A stretch of 64,000 bases of DNA from Callorhinchus milii (lineage: Eukaryota), in assembly GCF_018977255.1 (NCBI RefSeq), contig NW_024704742.1:69256001-69320000 (forward strand). The letters run 5' to 3'. Shown here in pieces: positions 14,361 through 27,000 of this stretch. The notes beneath the pieces were generated by a model that was given only the letters and a program-made list of their open reading frames with translations, searched no databases and had not been told where the DNA came from. Every line of letters starts with the position of its first letter. Within the stretch, counting starts at the first letter, position 1. The translations under genes and the position numbers were made by a program.

Positions 14361-17300
14361 TCGAATGGTTGCTTTTAGTTCCTATTGTTCACTCTTATGG
14401 TTCCGTGTTCTTGGATACAGAGGAAATCACTTGAGACCACCCAGGTTATCAGTACACTAATACAATCTCTTCTTGTTCATCTGTACCTGGAGTGCAAGAC
14501 ATGTGTGGTCATGTCTGCTAAATGAGCAGTGGTTTCACTAATGATGTTTTTTATTATTTGATATGACTTATTTTCCCCCATTGAGATCAGTTACTGTGTT
14601 TCCCAGCATAGCCGAGAGCAGGTAAAATTCCTCAATTAGTAACAATGTCTTATTCATCCACTGAATAAACTTGACTAACGTTAGGCTAAAAAGATTCAAG
14701 ACTAGTTTTGCTTAAATGTTAATTATGCCATCTGGATATCTTACATTAAAAAACTAACTTTATATGACAAATTTTTATTCATGCTCAATGGAGTCAATTC
14801 ATCACTACACCGGATATCTATCTCACCACTGTAAAACTCTGTCTACAATACATATGGAGTCCTGCAGCATATTGGTTAGAGCACTTGTCTTGCAAGCGAG
14901 AGGACCTCGCTTACTATGAAAATGATGGAGCTCACACACACTGACTCTCTGGACGTCTAAATACAGTTAAACACTTGTACTGAATACAATGAAGTGCTTC
15001 TAAATACAATTATCATCATTCTTCCACAAGTTTCAGGATGGTCAGTGTACTGTGAACACCTTGTACATCTCTGTCTACACTGGATGTCTATTAACAAAGA
15101 TAAGCGAGAGGATTTGAATCCCTGAGTGGAGAGAAATCTGAGGCAAGTTTCCATACTCCGCACGCCTCTGTTTGACTAATAGTAAGTAGGAATTTGGTTA
15201 TTCAATCCACGACTGTTTGTGGGACACTGCTGTGCGCAATTACTTGTCGTGTTTCTCCCACAAAATATACAGTCAATTCACTTTACAGTATTATCTCTGA
15301 AATGTTTTGAGATGTCTCAACAATGTGACAAACGCAAGGATTACTATTATTAATAAAAAGGAGAGGGCCAAGGACAGAGGTTTGAGTCATTTGCACATGT
15401 TAATTTGTTATAAAAAGCCTTTTATTTGATTATTTAATTATAGGATTATAAGATGTGATGATTTTGTTGGAGTAAAATAATAAACAATGTTTAAGTCTGT
15501 TTGTCTATTGCTGACGGGGTTTAGTGAGTCAAAACAGCAGCATTCCAAAAACAACTTGCACTTATACAGCACCATAAAAGCCTGGCTCAGCTGATAAAAC
15601 TCTCAATAACAATTTGCATTTACACAGCACCCCGACACAGGGTAACATCTCGGAGCATTTAACAGTGGCGGAGTCAGAAGGTTGTGGGTTCAAGCCCCAT
15701 GACAGGACTTGCTGCTTTGTCGGGGATGCGTCCTTCGGATGAGACGTTAAACTGTTCAGGTGAACATTAAAGATCCCTCGGCACTATTCAAAAACAAGGG
15801 AGTTTCTCTCCCGGTGTCCTGGCCAACGATCCGCCAAATAAAATTGGTTATTAACCTCATGGCTGCTTGTGGGACATTGCTGTATGCAAATTGGCCGCTG
15901 CATTTGTCTACAAAATACACACACTCCATTTCACAGTATATCCTGTGAAGTGCTTTAGATGTGTTCCCGACTTGAAAGTTCTGTAATCAAATGCAAGAAT
16001 TATTATTATTATTTGCAGGATGCTTTTCTCGTAACAGAAAGGCCTTGTGGCGTTTTACAGAATGAGATCAATTAAAACAACCTGAATGTTGTTTTGTGGC
16101 AAACAGCTAACCTGCAGCATCATCTTTCCAAAAACAGAAAGGGGAGAAGATGACTGGTTTGAATTTTGGGTTGAATTTTGAGTGAGAAGGCACTATGATT
16201 CAATGCTATGGTATGAAAAGGAGATTACAAGAGCTTTCTTCCTGTAGTAACGATAATAATCCTTGCATTTGATATAAAGCATTTCACTTCTTTGAGACAT
16301 CTCAATGTATTTCACAGGATTTTGGAGTCCCATAGTGTAGTGGTTAGCGCACTTGCCTTGCAAGCGAGAGGACCCGGGTTCAATTAACAGACCGGGCAAA
16401 ACCTTTGACAAGTTTCCTTACTCCACAAGCCTCTGTTTACTTAGTAGTAAGCAGGAACCAGGTTGTTAGTCGATAGGTGGATCCCTTTCCGGGGGTAATA
16501 ATCCTTCCAAAAGAAATGTGGCACTTAATTACTGGGATATTGCTGGGCGCAATTGGTTTCACCCACAAAATACAGTCAATCCACTTTACAATATATTCGG
16601 CAAGGTGCTTTGAGGTATCTCAACAATGTGATAAAATGCTGTATCAAATACAAGAATTATATTATTATGATATTATTATTATCTTACTGTGAAGTATAGT
16701 GACTGTATATTTTCAGGCAAACACGGCAGCCAATTTGTGTGTAGCAACGTTCCACAAGCAGCCAATGAAGTGAATGACAAATTTTATTTGGGGGGGATTC
16801 CCGGTCAGGATATAATAATAATAATAATAATCCTTACATTTGATATAGCGCTTTTCACGTCGGGAGGACGTGCCAAAGCGCTTCACAGAATATACTGTAA
16901 AGTGAATTGACTGTATTTTGTGGATAAAAAGCAGCGTCCCACAAAGAGTCACTGATTTAGTGACCACATTTTTTTGTATAGGCTTATTAATCCCGGAAAG
17001 GTATCCAGCAATCAACTAAGATCTGGGTTCCTACTTATTGATAGGTAAACAGAGGCTTGTGGAGAATGGAAACTTGCTTAAGGTTTTGCCCTGCCTGTGA
17101 ATTGAACCCGGGTCCTCTCACTTGCGAAGCAAATGTGCTAACCACTAATGGATATAGCTCGCGTGCAGAGGCACTTTTTAAGGTGCTAGACACAGGCAGA
17201 CTCAGACTGCAATTATCCCTTGTCTGACCTCTAATCGGAAGCTATCAACCCACCTATTGTTTAACACAGGCAGGTGCAATGTGTGTAGTGCTCTAAGTAC

Positions 17301-17656
17301 AAGTATTTCAGTTTTGTGGCAACAGAAAGTATATGTTTTTGAGCTGCAGCCATCATGTGGAATCCTAGAGATTACAATACAACAAGAGACTGTTTGGCCC
17401 ATGGTATCTGTGCTGGTGCTCGCTCCCCCCACTGGAGCTCTCTAATCCCATTCCCCTGCTCTTTCCCCATTGTGTATTTTCTGGGTGGCTAATTTGCGCA
17501 GAGCAATGTCCCGTAAATAGCCAATGAAGTGAATAACAAACTTTATCTGGGGAATTATGGACCAGGACACTGGGAAAAGCGCTGCAAGATAAGAATCCTT
17601 GCATTTGATATAGCATCTGATCACATCGTTAAGATGTCCCAAAGTGCTTCATAGAA

Positions 17657-18123
17657 TCTTCTATATATACTAATAAAAGGGCAATGTCTGTCTGCGCTTC
17701 AAGAAGCATTTCAATAACCGATTGACGTAGAGATATGATTTATACCTCATCGGAAAGGTCTTGCATTTGGGAGTGACATGGACATATTTGTTTTTGGGTA
17801 TCTCCTATCATTCATGAGTTACTTTCAGTTTTGCATTTTTCATTGCAGTTACACCTAACGGCCAATGAGTACAAGTGGCGCTGTGGCGTCGTGCATCACA
17901 GATCACGCACGTAGCCAAGTGGGAACAAAATAAAGAACACAGATGAAGCTAAGCAGCGGCAACAACAAAATTACATTTTTAAAGCCCTCTCACTGAGGCT
18001 CCCACAGGAGTCCTCCCAGATGATAAGATGAAATGTCTGTCCGTGTGTCTGTCTTCTGTGTGTCAATTTACATTCCACATTGGATCCTTTGGTTGCAAGC
18101 GAAGCTACAACAGGTACAGCTGG
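17657..18123 (+). mobile_element. Non-autonomous Helitron-like element
   Basis: 5' end TCTTCTATATATACTAATAAAA, 3' end CTGG, preceded by an imperfect GCGAAGC-centred hairpin. It is inserted between A and T of a SINE (agaA|Tatat) with no TSD. Confidence 0.7.
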
Positions 18124-18725
18124 TATATTTAATGCGGAAATTTTATGAGATCGTTAACGTCCACCTGAACTGAGCAGTCGGTCAAAGTCGGAGGGTTAGG
18201 GTCAGGGTTAGGGCGAGAGTTGGAGGAAGAGAGGTGGTGGGGGATGTGGGGCAACAGTCCTGGAGGAGACCGCAGCAGAGAGAAGGTGTATTGCGATCAG
18301 TGATATTAAATCCTGATGCTATTTTTTCTAAGCCAGACAACCTGTTGCAATCTCTCAAGATATCACACGGGCTTCTGAGAGGTCTGGCCTCAGGGGAAGG
18401 TGGGGGTCGGGGTGCGAAGTGCAGGGAGATGGTAGTGATGGGGGAGACCTAATTATCAAATGTGAGCGCGAAAAAGCTGTATGAAAATCAAGTGGAAGGC
18501 CAGGACACCGTTTGTCAGGCATGCCCAGGCAGAACTAAACTTCCACTGAGATAGCTACAAGCTATATCTGTGCTTTACTTCATTAAAGCGTAACTCCATT
18601 CCCTGCCTATTCAGGGACAATTAACGCGCCCTGTATTGCCGGAAGGGGTGAGCCTCACCACCTGGTTCTCAAACCGTTTTAAAGAACAAAGTGTATGATC
18701 TGGGCCGGTTACTAGATAATACTGT

Positions 18726-19095
18726 GGAGTCCTGTAACATATTGGTTAGAGGATTCGCCTCGCAAGCAGAAGGACCTGGGTTTGATTCCCAGGCAGGGCA
18801 AAAGCTTAGACAAGTTTCCTTACTCGCACGCCTCTGCTTACGTAGCAGTATGTAGAAACCCGATTGTTAGTCAAATGGCGGATCGCTTTCTGTGGTAATA
18901 ATCCCTTAAAAAAAATTATTGATAATTTGATCACTCAATCCACGACTGTTTGTGAGACGCTGCTGTGCACAATTGGCTGCTGAGTTTCGCTCACAAAATA
19001 TACAGTTAATTCACTTTACAGTATATACTGTGCAGCGCTTTGAGACGTCTCAACGACATGATAAGGCGCTATGTCAAATGCAAAGATTATTATTA
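18726..19095 (+). mobile_element. SINE family A, long form (other copies near 5318, 7557, 11141, 14856, 16324, 16812, 21098, 22898, 24330, 25014, 27940, 40565)
   Basis: GGAGTCCTG head, a middle segment of family consensus GCCTCTGTTTACCTAGCAGTAAGTAGGAACC, shared core and tail. Confidence 0.85.
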
Positions 19096-20479
19096 TCCTG
19101 ATGTCCTTTCTGGGCCACAATGATAGGCAGGCTTGAAATGACAGACATATCTGACCATACCATCAGATGCTGAAATATTACTAGGGAGTTTCTCTCCCGG
19201 TGTCCTGGCCAAAAATCCACAAAATAAAATTGGTCATTCGCTTCATTGGTTGTTTATATGACTTACTATTAGGTAACGAGGTGTATGGAGTAAGGAAATT
19301 TACCTAAGGTTTCACCATGCCCGGGTCCTTTCACTTATGAGGCGAGTGCTCTAACTAATATATTGCAAGACTAGGCTTGAGTATTTTAAGCACACTATTA
19401 CATTTTAAGACAAAATGGTTTCTCGGGTTAAGAGCGGGACCTTTCACATACAACACAATGATGTTTGCAGGCGGTTACCATGGAAACCTTTCAACAGCTT
19501 GAATCAGTGTCTCGAAGAGAGGGGAGAAAAAATATCTGGAGGGGAGTGAGGAGAGAGAGAGGGAAGGAATAAAAAAGATCAGTAGGAGTTAATTTCTTTT
19601 TAACACACACGTCTTTGAACCCAATGCATTTGCACACAGACAAGACTGTGCCCAGCACCACCTTTCATGTGTGTTTTTTTTCATGTTTGAGTTTATTTTT
19701 TTGGTGTGTTACAAGCGTGTAGTTAAAACATAGACTTATACTTTATACATATTGGAATGTCTGATTCACTCCCTCCCCCAGGAACCCTCCTTGTAATACA
19801 GGTGCAATACGTCTGCACTGGAAGACTTTCCAAATTGTTGTTAGTGTGTTCTTCAGTTGGAAAGTCATCTAAACCAGGAAATTAATTGCAATTAAAGGGC
19901 AATTCTATTATTTGGGGATGAGGGAGGGTATCAGCCAGGTGTCTGACATAACTATTTGGGGCGTCAGCCGGGTGTCTGACACATACCGAAACCCATCCCC
20001 ATGCTTAAGAGTATCAAACCAAACTGAGAATTCCATGCATCCCAACTACACATGGAAATCCCAGAGACAGATTGTTGGAATGGAATGCGCTCTCTCCCTG
20101 GAGGGACACATCCTGCTTAACTGATACTCTGGAAAGTATTAGGCGCAGGTTGGCAAGAACCAAGGCTTGTCGGACATAATAGTACTTTCAGATGAAATGT
20201 TAAACCGAGGTCCCATCTGCCTGTTCAGGTGGACTTTAAAAATCCCATGGCACTATTTGAAAAGAGAAGAGAGTTTCTCTCCTCCTGGTGTCCTGGCCAA
20301 CAATCATCCAAATAAAATTGTTCACTCACTCCATGGCTGTTTGTGGGACACTGCTCTGCACAAACTGGCTGCTGAATTTCGCCCACAAAATACACAGTCA
20401 ATCCACTTTCCAGTGAATTCTGTGAAGCACTTTGAGACATTTTGACGATGTGATAAGGCGCTATACTAAATGCAATTTG

Positions 20480-20812
20480 TGGAGTCCTGTAGCTCAGTGG
20501 TTAGAGCACTCACTTTGCAAGTGAGAGACCTGAGTTCAATTCCAGGCAGGGCGAAACCTTGGGCAAGTTTCCTTACTCCACACAGAGCCTAATAATAATC
20601 CCTCCAAAAAGAAAAACAATAATTAAATTGGTCATTTTCAATCTACGATTGTTTGTGGGACATTGTTGTGCGCAATTGGCTGCCGCGTTCGCCCACAAAT
20701 ATACAGTCAATTCACTTTACAGTGTGTTCTGTGAAGCGCTTTGGGACGTCCTCCCGACGTGAAAAGCGCTATATCAAATGCAAGGATTATTATTATTATT
20801 AAGTATTATTAT
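20480..20812 (+). mobile_element. tRNA-headed SINE family A, young short subfamily
   Basis: Box A TAGCTCAGTGG, box B GAGTTCAATTCC, Deu-like 3' core TGTGGGACATTG..GTGCGCAATTGGCTGCC, L2-type tail and (ATT)n. Confidence 0.9.
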
Positions 20813-23264
20813 TCTTCTTCTTCAATAGAGTTACAGCATCTTTAATGTCCACCTGAACAGGAAGACAGGGACCTCAGTTTAATGTGTCACCTCTGAAAAC
20901 ACCAGTCTCTCAATACCAAACTGGAATGTCAGCCTAACAATGTGAGTTCAAAATCCCAATGCGGGGCTTAAACCTAGAACCTTCTGATTCAGAGGCGAGA
21001 GTAACTGAATAACTGAGCCAGGCTGACATCTTCACGCTTTTTCACCTGAATTGCTCCTCCTGTATATAACAGAGTTATACGTAACTCAACGTCACTTTAA
21101 TAATGATAATAATAGTCCTTGCATTTGGTGCAGCACGTTATCACATTGTTCAGACTCCCAAAGCACTTCACAAATATTTTGTAACGTGTATTTTGTAGCC
21201 GAAACGAGGTAGCCAGTTGTGCACAGCAATGTCCCACAAACATTCGCGGATTGAGTGACCAGATAATTTTTTGGAGGGATTATTACCCCCGGAAAGTGAT
21301 CAGCCAATTGACTAACAACTGGGTTCCTACTTATTGCGAGGTAAACAGTGGCGTGTGGAGTAAAAAAATTTGCCTAAGAGTTTGACCCACCCAGGAATTG
21401 AACCCAGGTCCACTCACTTGCGAGGCGAATGCGCTAACCACTGTGCTACAGGACTCCGTGACTAAGTGAATAATTTTTCCATGCATCACAAGCAGACCAC
21501 CCAAGGTGAGATATAGAATCCACCAGCTCTGTATAGCAATATCCTGTGAAATAATACAATATGCATTGTATATGAATGGCACCACGCCATTGTAAAACAG
21601 AAAACAATAATTCTTGCGTTTGATATATAATAATCACTCTTGCATTGGATACCTTTAACACTAAACCACCTCCAAGCACTTCACAGGAAATTGCTGTCAA
21701 GGGTAGTGGGTAGTGCCTTTGTACTATGCAGGCAAACATGGCAGCCAATTCCCAAAAAACAGCTATGAAGTGACTTGATCAGAGGGATTGTTGGCCAGGA
21801 TGCCCCAAGAAAGAAACACCTTTTCTTTTACAATAGCGGCACATTATCTTAGCTGGTTATACTCCAGCAGTTATCCCAACGCACACCCTGGGATCCCCAA
21901 GTCTTGGCTCTTGCCAACCTGCATCTAATACTTTCCGAAATGAGGTAAGCAAATGCGTCCCTCCAGGGTGAGAGTGCGCATTCCATTCCACAATCTATGT
22001 TAGGGGTTTCCATGTGTAGGGGGGATGCATGGAAATCTCAGTTTGGTTTGGACACTCTTAAGTATGGTGATGGGATTCCGTGGGTGTCAGATGCCCAGCT
22101 GGCCAAAAACAAATTGTAGGCTGCCGGTAGAGGGTGCTGTAAACTATGCCACTGCTAAGTACTGTGAGACCTTGCCCAGGGGTGAAGGACTCTAGAAATG
22201 CAAGTTGTTCTTGTTTTTGTTTGTTAGAATCTTGTCCTCAGCCTTTTCCGAGAAATGTGCTGAAAATAAATGAGCAGCGTATCCCTGATGGCGACTCAAG
22301 GGTCCTGTATGTAGGTGAAAGGTAAAATGCCTGTACCTTTGTGAGGCACATTCGGTGATGAACAGGATAGTATGCAAGTGCAGGAGACTAGATAACAAGA
22401 TATGCTCTGGAAATTCCTTCTGAAACGACTTGCTTAGGGTGTTCAGCTCCCACTCCCCACCTCCAGGGACTCGATCTTGAGATCCGTAGTACTTACCTTC
22501 AAATGTCTCGATGATCTTACCCCACACAACCTCTGTGATCTTGTGGAGTCCTGCAGCGTATTGGTTCGAGCGCTCGCCACGCAAGCGAGAAGACCCAGGT
22601 TTGATTCCCGGGCTGTACAAAACCTTAGGCAAGTTTCCATGCTCCACACGCCTCTATTTGCTCCTCTATGTGTAAGCGAACGCGACAGCCAATTTGTACA
22701 CAGCGACAGCAGTTTAACCTCTCAGTCGAAGGATGCAAATTCAGCTCAAATGATGTCAGTGGCTTGTCAGAACCCACAGAACCTGGCAGGACATCGCCAG
22801 CGCGCAGTAAAAGTGTAAACCTCCTAAAGATTAGGTAGGAAGAAGACAGACAGGGAAATAAAATCCACATGAACCCAGAATAAAAGAAATTCATTGTGGA
22901 GTTCTGAAGCGTATCGGTTAGAGCATTTGCCTTGTAAGCGAGAGGACATGGGTTTGATTCCCGGGCAGGACGAAACCTTCGGCAAGTTTCCTTACTCCCC
23001 ACATCTCTGTTTACCTAGCAGGAAGTAGGAGCCAGGTTGTTAGTCAATTATAATTTGGTCATTCAATCCACGAATGTTCGTGGGACACTTCTGTGTTCAA
23101 TTGGCACCATTGTTTCACCCACAAATTATACAGTCTTTTCACTTTACAATATATTCTGAGACATCTTAATGTCATGATAAGGCACTTTTTCAAATGCAAG
23201 GATTATTATTATCAGCAGTGTTATGGACGGGATGCTAACGTTGAAAAGCTCTGAAACAGCTCAC

Positions 23265-23282
23265 CTGCACCCCCTAGTGGTG
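23265..23282 (-). promoter_or_regulatory. CTCF motif
   Basis: Minus strand reads CACCACTAGGGGGTGCAG in non-repeat DNA. Motif match only. Confidence 0.55.
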
Positions 23283-23484
23283 AAGACTTCACTAGCCAGA
23301 GATATCGCTCTCACTCCCCTGCTCTTGCTGAGCTCAAAATCTGCTGGCTCCAGAGACCTGAAATTGTACCTCATATTAGCCTGCGAGACTGGTTAACAGA
23401 GAGAATTGTGAAAAATTCTTCAATTCAGAGGAATGGTATTAGAGTAGAGGGCTCCAGTGGGGGAGTGAGCATCAGCATCAGCAC

Positions 23485-24030
23485 TTTTTGGTCAGCTGGA
23501 TGACTGACACATGTGGAAACCCATCCCCATGCTTAAGAGTATCCAAACAAAACTGAAAATTCCATGTATCCCACCTATACATGGAAATTCCAGAGATAGA
23601 TTGTTGGAATGGAAAGCGCACTCTCTCCCTGGAGGGAAGAATCCTACTTACCTAATTCCAGAGAGTATTAGGCGCAGGTTGGCAAGAGCCAAGCCTTGGG
23701 ACCCCAAAGTGTGCGTTGGAGTAATTGCTGGAGTCTAACCAGCTAAAACCGCATAGCTTATACTTGATATTGCTGTCTGGTAAGCTTTCCCACTGCTTGT
23801 CTAGTTAGGACCACCCTACCTGTTATGGCTTTGGTTTGCATGGTTAACAGGAGCTGAATGGGATAACTACCTGCCCCCAGCGACTGGTCTGCTCTTCCAG
23901 GTCCTTCCGATGAGCCAGGCTGGGCTGTGCTGTCATCAGCATTGCCCTGGAATACTCCGGACCCACCTGGCTCAGGAACCGGACTAGAGATCATCACAGA
24001 GGGCTGGCTTGATTCCGATACTCCATTGCC
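23485..24030 (-). repeat. Unclassified interspersed repeat with an A-rich end (longest copy; about 10 others)
   Basis: Homologous pieces near 1335, 1795, 10742, 11455, 19930, 21850, 37850, 47100, 51790 and 63835. One end is consistently ...TCAGACACCCGGCTGACC followed by As. Confidence 0.8.
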
Positions 24031-27000
24031 AATTTGAGCATTGCTGTTCCTTACAAATACACAGTCACTACACTTGACGGCACTTCCTTGTTAATCCTAG
24101 ACTTTGTGGTATCTCAATGTGATATGGCACAATACTAAATGCAAGGATTACTACAACAATGATATGCACTTATTACAGGTGTCTTTCAGTCCTACATGTG
24201 GGGTAACATCTCGGAGTGCTTCACAGTGACAGTGTTGGACTCTGAGCAAATGAGAAGGGAGAGGAAGGGAGGTGACCATAGGAGCTGTCAAATTAAACTC
24301 TTATAACTCTTCTAATAATAAAAAAAAATAGAATATTGGTTAGAGCACTTGCCTCGCAAGAGAGAAGACCTAGGTTTGATTCCCGGGCAGGTACAAACCT
24401 TAGACACATTTCCTTACTCCACACACCTCACCTGTTTACCTAGCAATAAGTAGGAACCCCGGTCGTTAGTCGATTGCTGGTTCGCTTTCAGGGGGTAGTA
24501 ATACCTTCAAAATAAATAAATAAAAAAAATAATAATTTGGTCACTCAATCTACAACTGTTTGTACGACAATGTAGACAGTCAATTCACTTTACACTATAT
24601 TCTGTGAAGCACTTTGAGACATCTCAATGACGTGATAAGGCACTATATCAAATGTAAGGATTATTATTATTATTTGTAACTCTTTGGTCCAAAACTGTTG
24701 ATCATCTTCTTTCTTCCCCCTCCCCCACTTCCTCCCCACCCCTCCTCACTCCCCTCCGCACCCTTTTAGAGGAATAATAAAGATCTGTGAGAGATTTATC
24801 AGCAGTTCAGGATGTGATCTGGGACTAATCCCCTGGCTGACCCTCCCCAGCACCGGAGGGAAGTAACTGAGCCTGGCCAAATTGGTGTATCAAAGCCAGG
24901 GTCTAATTATAGCTAATTCTAAGCTGTGGAACACACGAGTGAGCCCCAATGAAATCTAAATATTGTCATCAACATTCATCTCCCCCAACCTTAGGTTAAC
25001 CTACCTTCCTTTTATAATAATAATAATAATCTTTGCATTTGATATAGCATCATATCCGGTCATTGAGACGTGTCAAAGCGTTTCACAGAATATACTGTAA
25101 AGTGAATTGATTGTCTATTTTTTGGGCGAAATGTGGCAGCCAATTGCACACAGCAGTGTCCCACAAACAGTCATGAATTGAGGGACCAAATTATCATTTT
25201 TGTGGGAAGGGATTATTAGCCTCAGGAAATGATCCAGCAATTGACTAACAACCGTGTTCCTACTTACTGCTAGATAAACAGAGGAGTTGGAGTAAGGAAA
25301 CTTGTCTAAGGTTTACACCCTGCCTGGGAATGGAACCCAGGTCCTCTTGCTTGTGAAGTGAGTGCTCTTACCAATACAGGACAAGACTACACATCTTCAG
25401 GCTGACACTCCAAGGCTAAGGAAGGGAGTTTCTCTCACCAGGTGTTTTGGCCAACAATACCCCAAATAAAATTTGTTGTTCACTTATGTCTAATGCAAGG
25501 ATTAGGCACTTGCATCTCATGCAAGGATTATCATGGTCCTTGCCATAAATTCAACTGTACACATCTGCAAAAAGCTTTTACTGCATTTATGAAAAGCTAA
25601 CTTTGTGCTTCTTAATACTACTACTACTAATAATAATCCCTGCGTTTGATACAGCGCCTTATCATGTCTTCGAGATGTCTCAAAGTGCTTCACAGAATAT
25701 ACTGTGAGGTGAATTGACTGTTTATTTTGTGGATGAAATGCAGCAGCCAATTGCGCCTTATCACATGTCTCAAAGCTCTTCGCAGGATTTTACTATAAAA
25801 TCAAAGGTGTATTTTTTAGGTGAAATGTGGCAGCCAATTTTAACATAGCAATGTCCCCCAAACAGCCATGGACCAATTTTATGTAGGGGACTGCCGGCCA
25901 GGAGACTAGAAGAGAAACTGAAACTCCCTTCTCTTTTTGCTGTGGGATCTTTAATGTCCGCCTAGAACAGGATTCAGACAGGAAGCTCAGTTTAACGTCT
26001 TGTCCGAAAAATGGCAGTGTGGATGGCTAATCCTGCCTGCTCTTTGTGTCATTTATCCCGTGATGGAAGATGAGCAACTGATTGTCTGGAGTTTAGTCTG
26101 TGAATTGCTCTTTAATAATCCTGTTTGTGGCAAAGGGGATTAAAGCAAAGAAGTTTGCACATTGACGGAATCTGATACTTCTCAGGAACCTGAAGAGACA
26201 TCTATTTTCTACCAGTGTGGGGGTTTGGGGGGAGGTTTTTTTTACATAGAGCACTCACCTCACAAGCAAGAGGACCTGGGTTCAATTCCCAGGAAGGCAA
26301 GTTTCCTCCAAAAAATAATAATAATAATAATTTAGTCACTCAATCCACAACACTGCTTTGTGCAATTGGCTGCTGTGTTCCAAACACAAAATATGCAATC
26401 AATTCACTTTGCAGTATATTCTGTGAGCGCTTTGAGATGTCTCAATTACATAATAAAATGCTGTATCAAATGCAAGTATGTGACGCACTCCAGAACCCCA
26501 ATAAAATCTTGCAGGTGTTTGCCGGATGTTGCTGTGCATAAAATTGTCTGTCGTGTTCAACTACAAAATACAGTCTTTACACCTTAAAGTGAAATCCTGT
26601 GAAGCACTCTGAGATGTTCTCCTGAAGTATTTAATGTGGGGATTATTATTATTTAGAGCTGAGAATGTCCAATGGATTATTCTTTTCTCTCTCTAGCTCA
26701 GGAACACTGAGGTCAAACATAGACTTACCTTCCAATTTTTGTCTGTGCTACAACTTACTATAACCATAACTAATGTGGCTTACACTCGTCTCTGCTGCGT
26801 GAAGTTGCTGTTAACTTGCTTAAGTTCTTAGAAGTCAAACTGGGACCCGTCTGCCTGTTCGGGTGGATGTTAAAGATCCCGCGGTGCTATTCGAAAAAAG
26901 AAAGGAGTTTCTCCCGGTGTCCTGTCCAACAAAATCAGTTAGCTAAAATGACTGACGGCACGGTCAAAGAGGATAGTCTTGAGACGGGCCTTGAAGTGGG

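Noticed and set aside
18195..18213. Telomere-like TTAGGG/TCAGGG units
   Set aside because: Only three units, within a G-rich degenerate stretch.
20480..20555. tRNA gene (box A/B, TGC anticodon-like loop)
   Set aside because: No proper acceptor stem and it runs directly into the SINE body. It is a SINE head, as are the similar copies.
22192..22647. 151-aa minus-strand ORF with a GTAAGT donor-like site
   Set aside because: It starts inside a SINE, shows no recognisable homology and has no matching acceptor. The unique part remains unexplained.
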